DNA of 64,000 nt. Origin: an uncultured virus (IMG/VR IMGVR_UViG_3300025769_000082). Lineage: Duplodnaviria; Heunggongvirae; Uroviricota; Caudoviricetes. This document shows, piece after piece, positions 63,440 to 64,000 of the stretch. Position numbers and translations under genes: made by a program. The stretch is from IMG/VR virus record IMGVR_UViG_3300025769_000082; one strand, 5' to 3'. The stretch's first letter is position 1, and every line of letters begins with the position of its first letter. Under the pieces are notes generated by a model, which saw only the letters and a program-made list of their open reading frames with translations, was not told where the DNA came from and ran no database searches.

Positions 63440-63468
63440 TTGCGTTCTATATCACACATTGTTATATA
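63440..63468 (+). promoter_or_regulatory. Sigma70-type promoter
   Basis: TTGCGT-N17-TATATA with TG extension, in AT-rich divergent gap. Confidence 0.6.
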
Positions 63469-63537
63469 TTGACGTGTCGGGCGACGCCGCCCGACGGCAA
63501 ACACTCGAACCGACTAAACACAAGGAACCAACAAACC

Positions 63538-64000
63538 ATGACAAACACATACACAAGCGAAGGCCGCACGGCTTTAAAAGCGGCGATCACAAACAGCCCG
63601 GCATGGGGCGACTATAAAGATGCGCACGGCGTCACGTCGGGCGGCCTTACGGTCGCCGGTCTCGAAAAGGCCGCCGCCGCCCTCGGTATCGACGCCCGGC
63701 AATATGCGAAAGACGTTTTCGCCCCGGCAACGCCGCCGGTCGCCGCGCCGGTCGCCGCCCCGGTCGAGGTCGAGGCCGCCCCGGTCGTCGAGGTCGAGGC
63801 CGCCCCGGTCGAGACCCAAGACGGCGAGACCGCCGACGCAATCGCCCGCGATATTTTGAGCGGTTCAATCGCCGACATGGCCGCCCGGGTCGAGACCTTG
63901 GCCGCCCGGGCCCTCGACGCCGAGACCGCCGCCGCCGAGACGTCGGCACGTCTCGCCGCCGCAATGGCGGCCCCGGGCTCGAACGTCGTCGCAATGCCGA
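63538..64000 (+). CDS. Outer phage early protein (partial, runs off right edge)
   Basis: Read manually: MTNTYTSEGRTALKAAITNSPAW... after AAGGA, Ala/Pro/Glu linker, no stop before end. Confidence 0.7.
   Translation, partial: MTNTYTSEGRTALKAAITNSPAWGDYKDAHGVTSGGLTVAGLEKAAAALGIDARQYAKDVFAPATPPVAAPVAAPVEVEAAPVVEVEAAPVETQDGETADAIARDILSGSIADMAARVETLAARALDAETAAAETSARLAAAMAAPGSNVVAMP

Overview
The window is entirely phage DNA and contains two different podovirus-type genomes, almost all genes on the minus strand. An outer phage (1-~15940 and ~60397-64000) carries ejection/tail genes, capsid, scaffold, portal, TerL, a lysis cassette and tail fibre, plus a very GC-rich right end. Nested in it is an apparently complete, circularly permuted ~43.95 kb T7-like (autographivirus-type) genome with a tyrosine integrase, RNA polymerase, SSB, RusA, primase-helicase, DNA polymerase A, exonuclease, class II RNR, head/tail/internal virion genes and a second terminase. 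The two genomes are joined at a direct repeat in the 3' part of their tail-fibre genes (by-eye identical core 15940-16448 = 59888-60396, offset 43948). This is either a recombinational co-integrate or an assembly chimera of two phages sharing a receptor-binding module. The T7-like RNA polymerase is split into two ORFs in different frames, each with its own RBS and with a small third ORF between them, and two near-identical T7-style promoters are present. All calls come from by-eye motif recognition; no searches were run.
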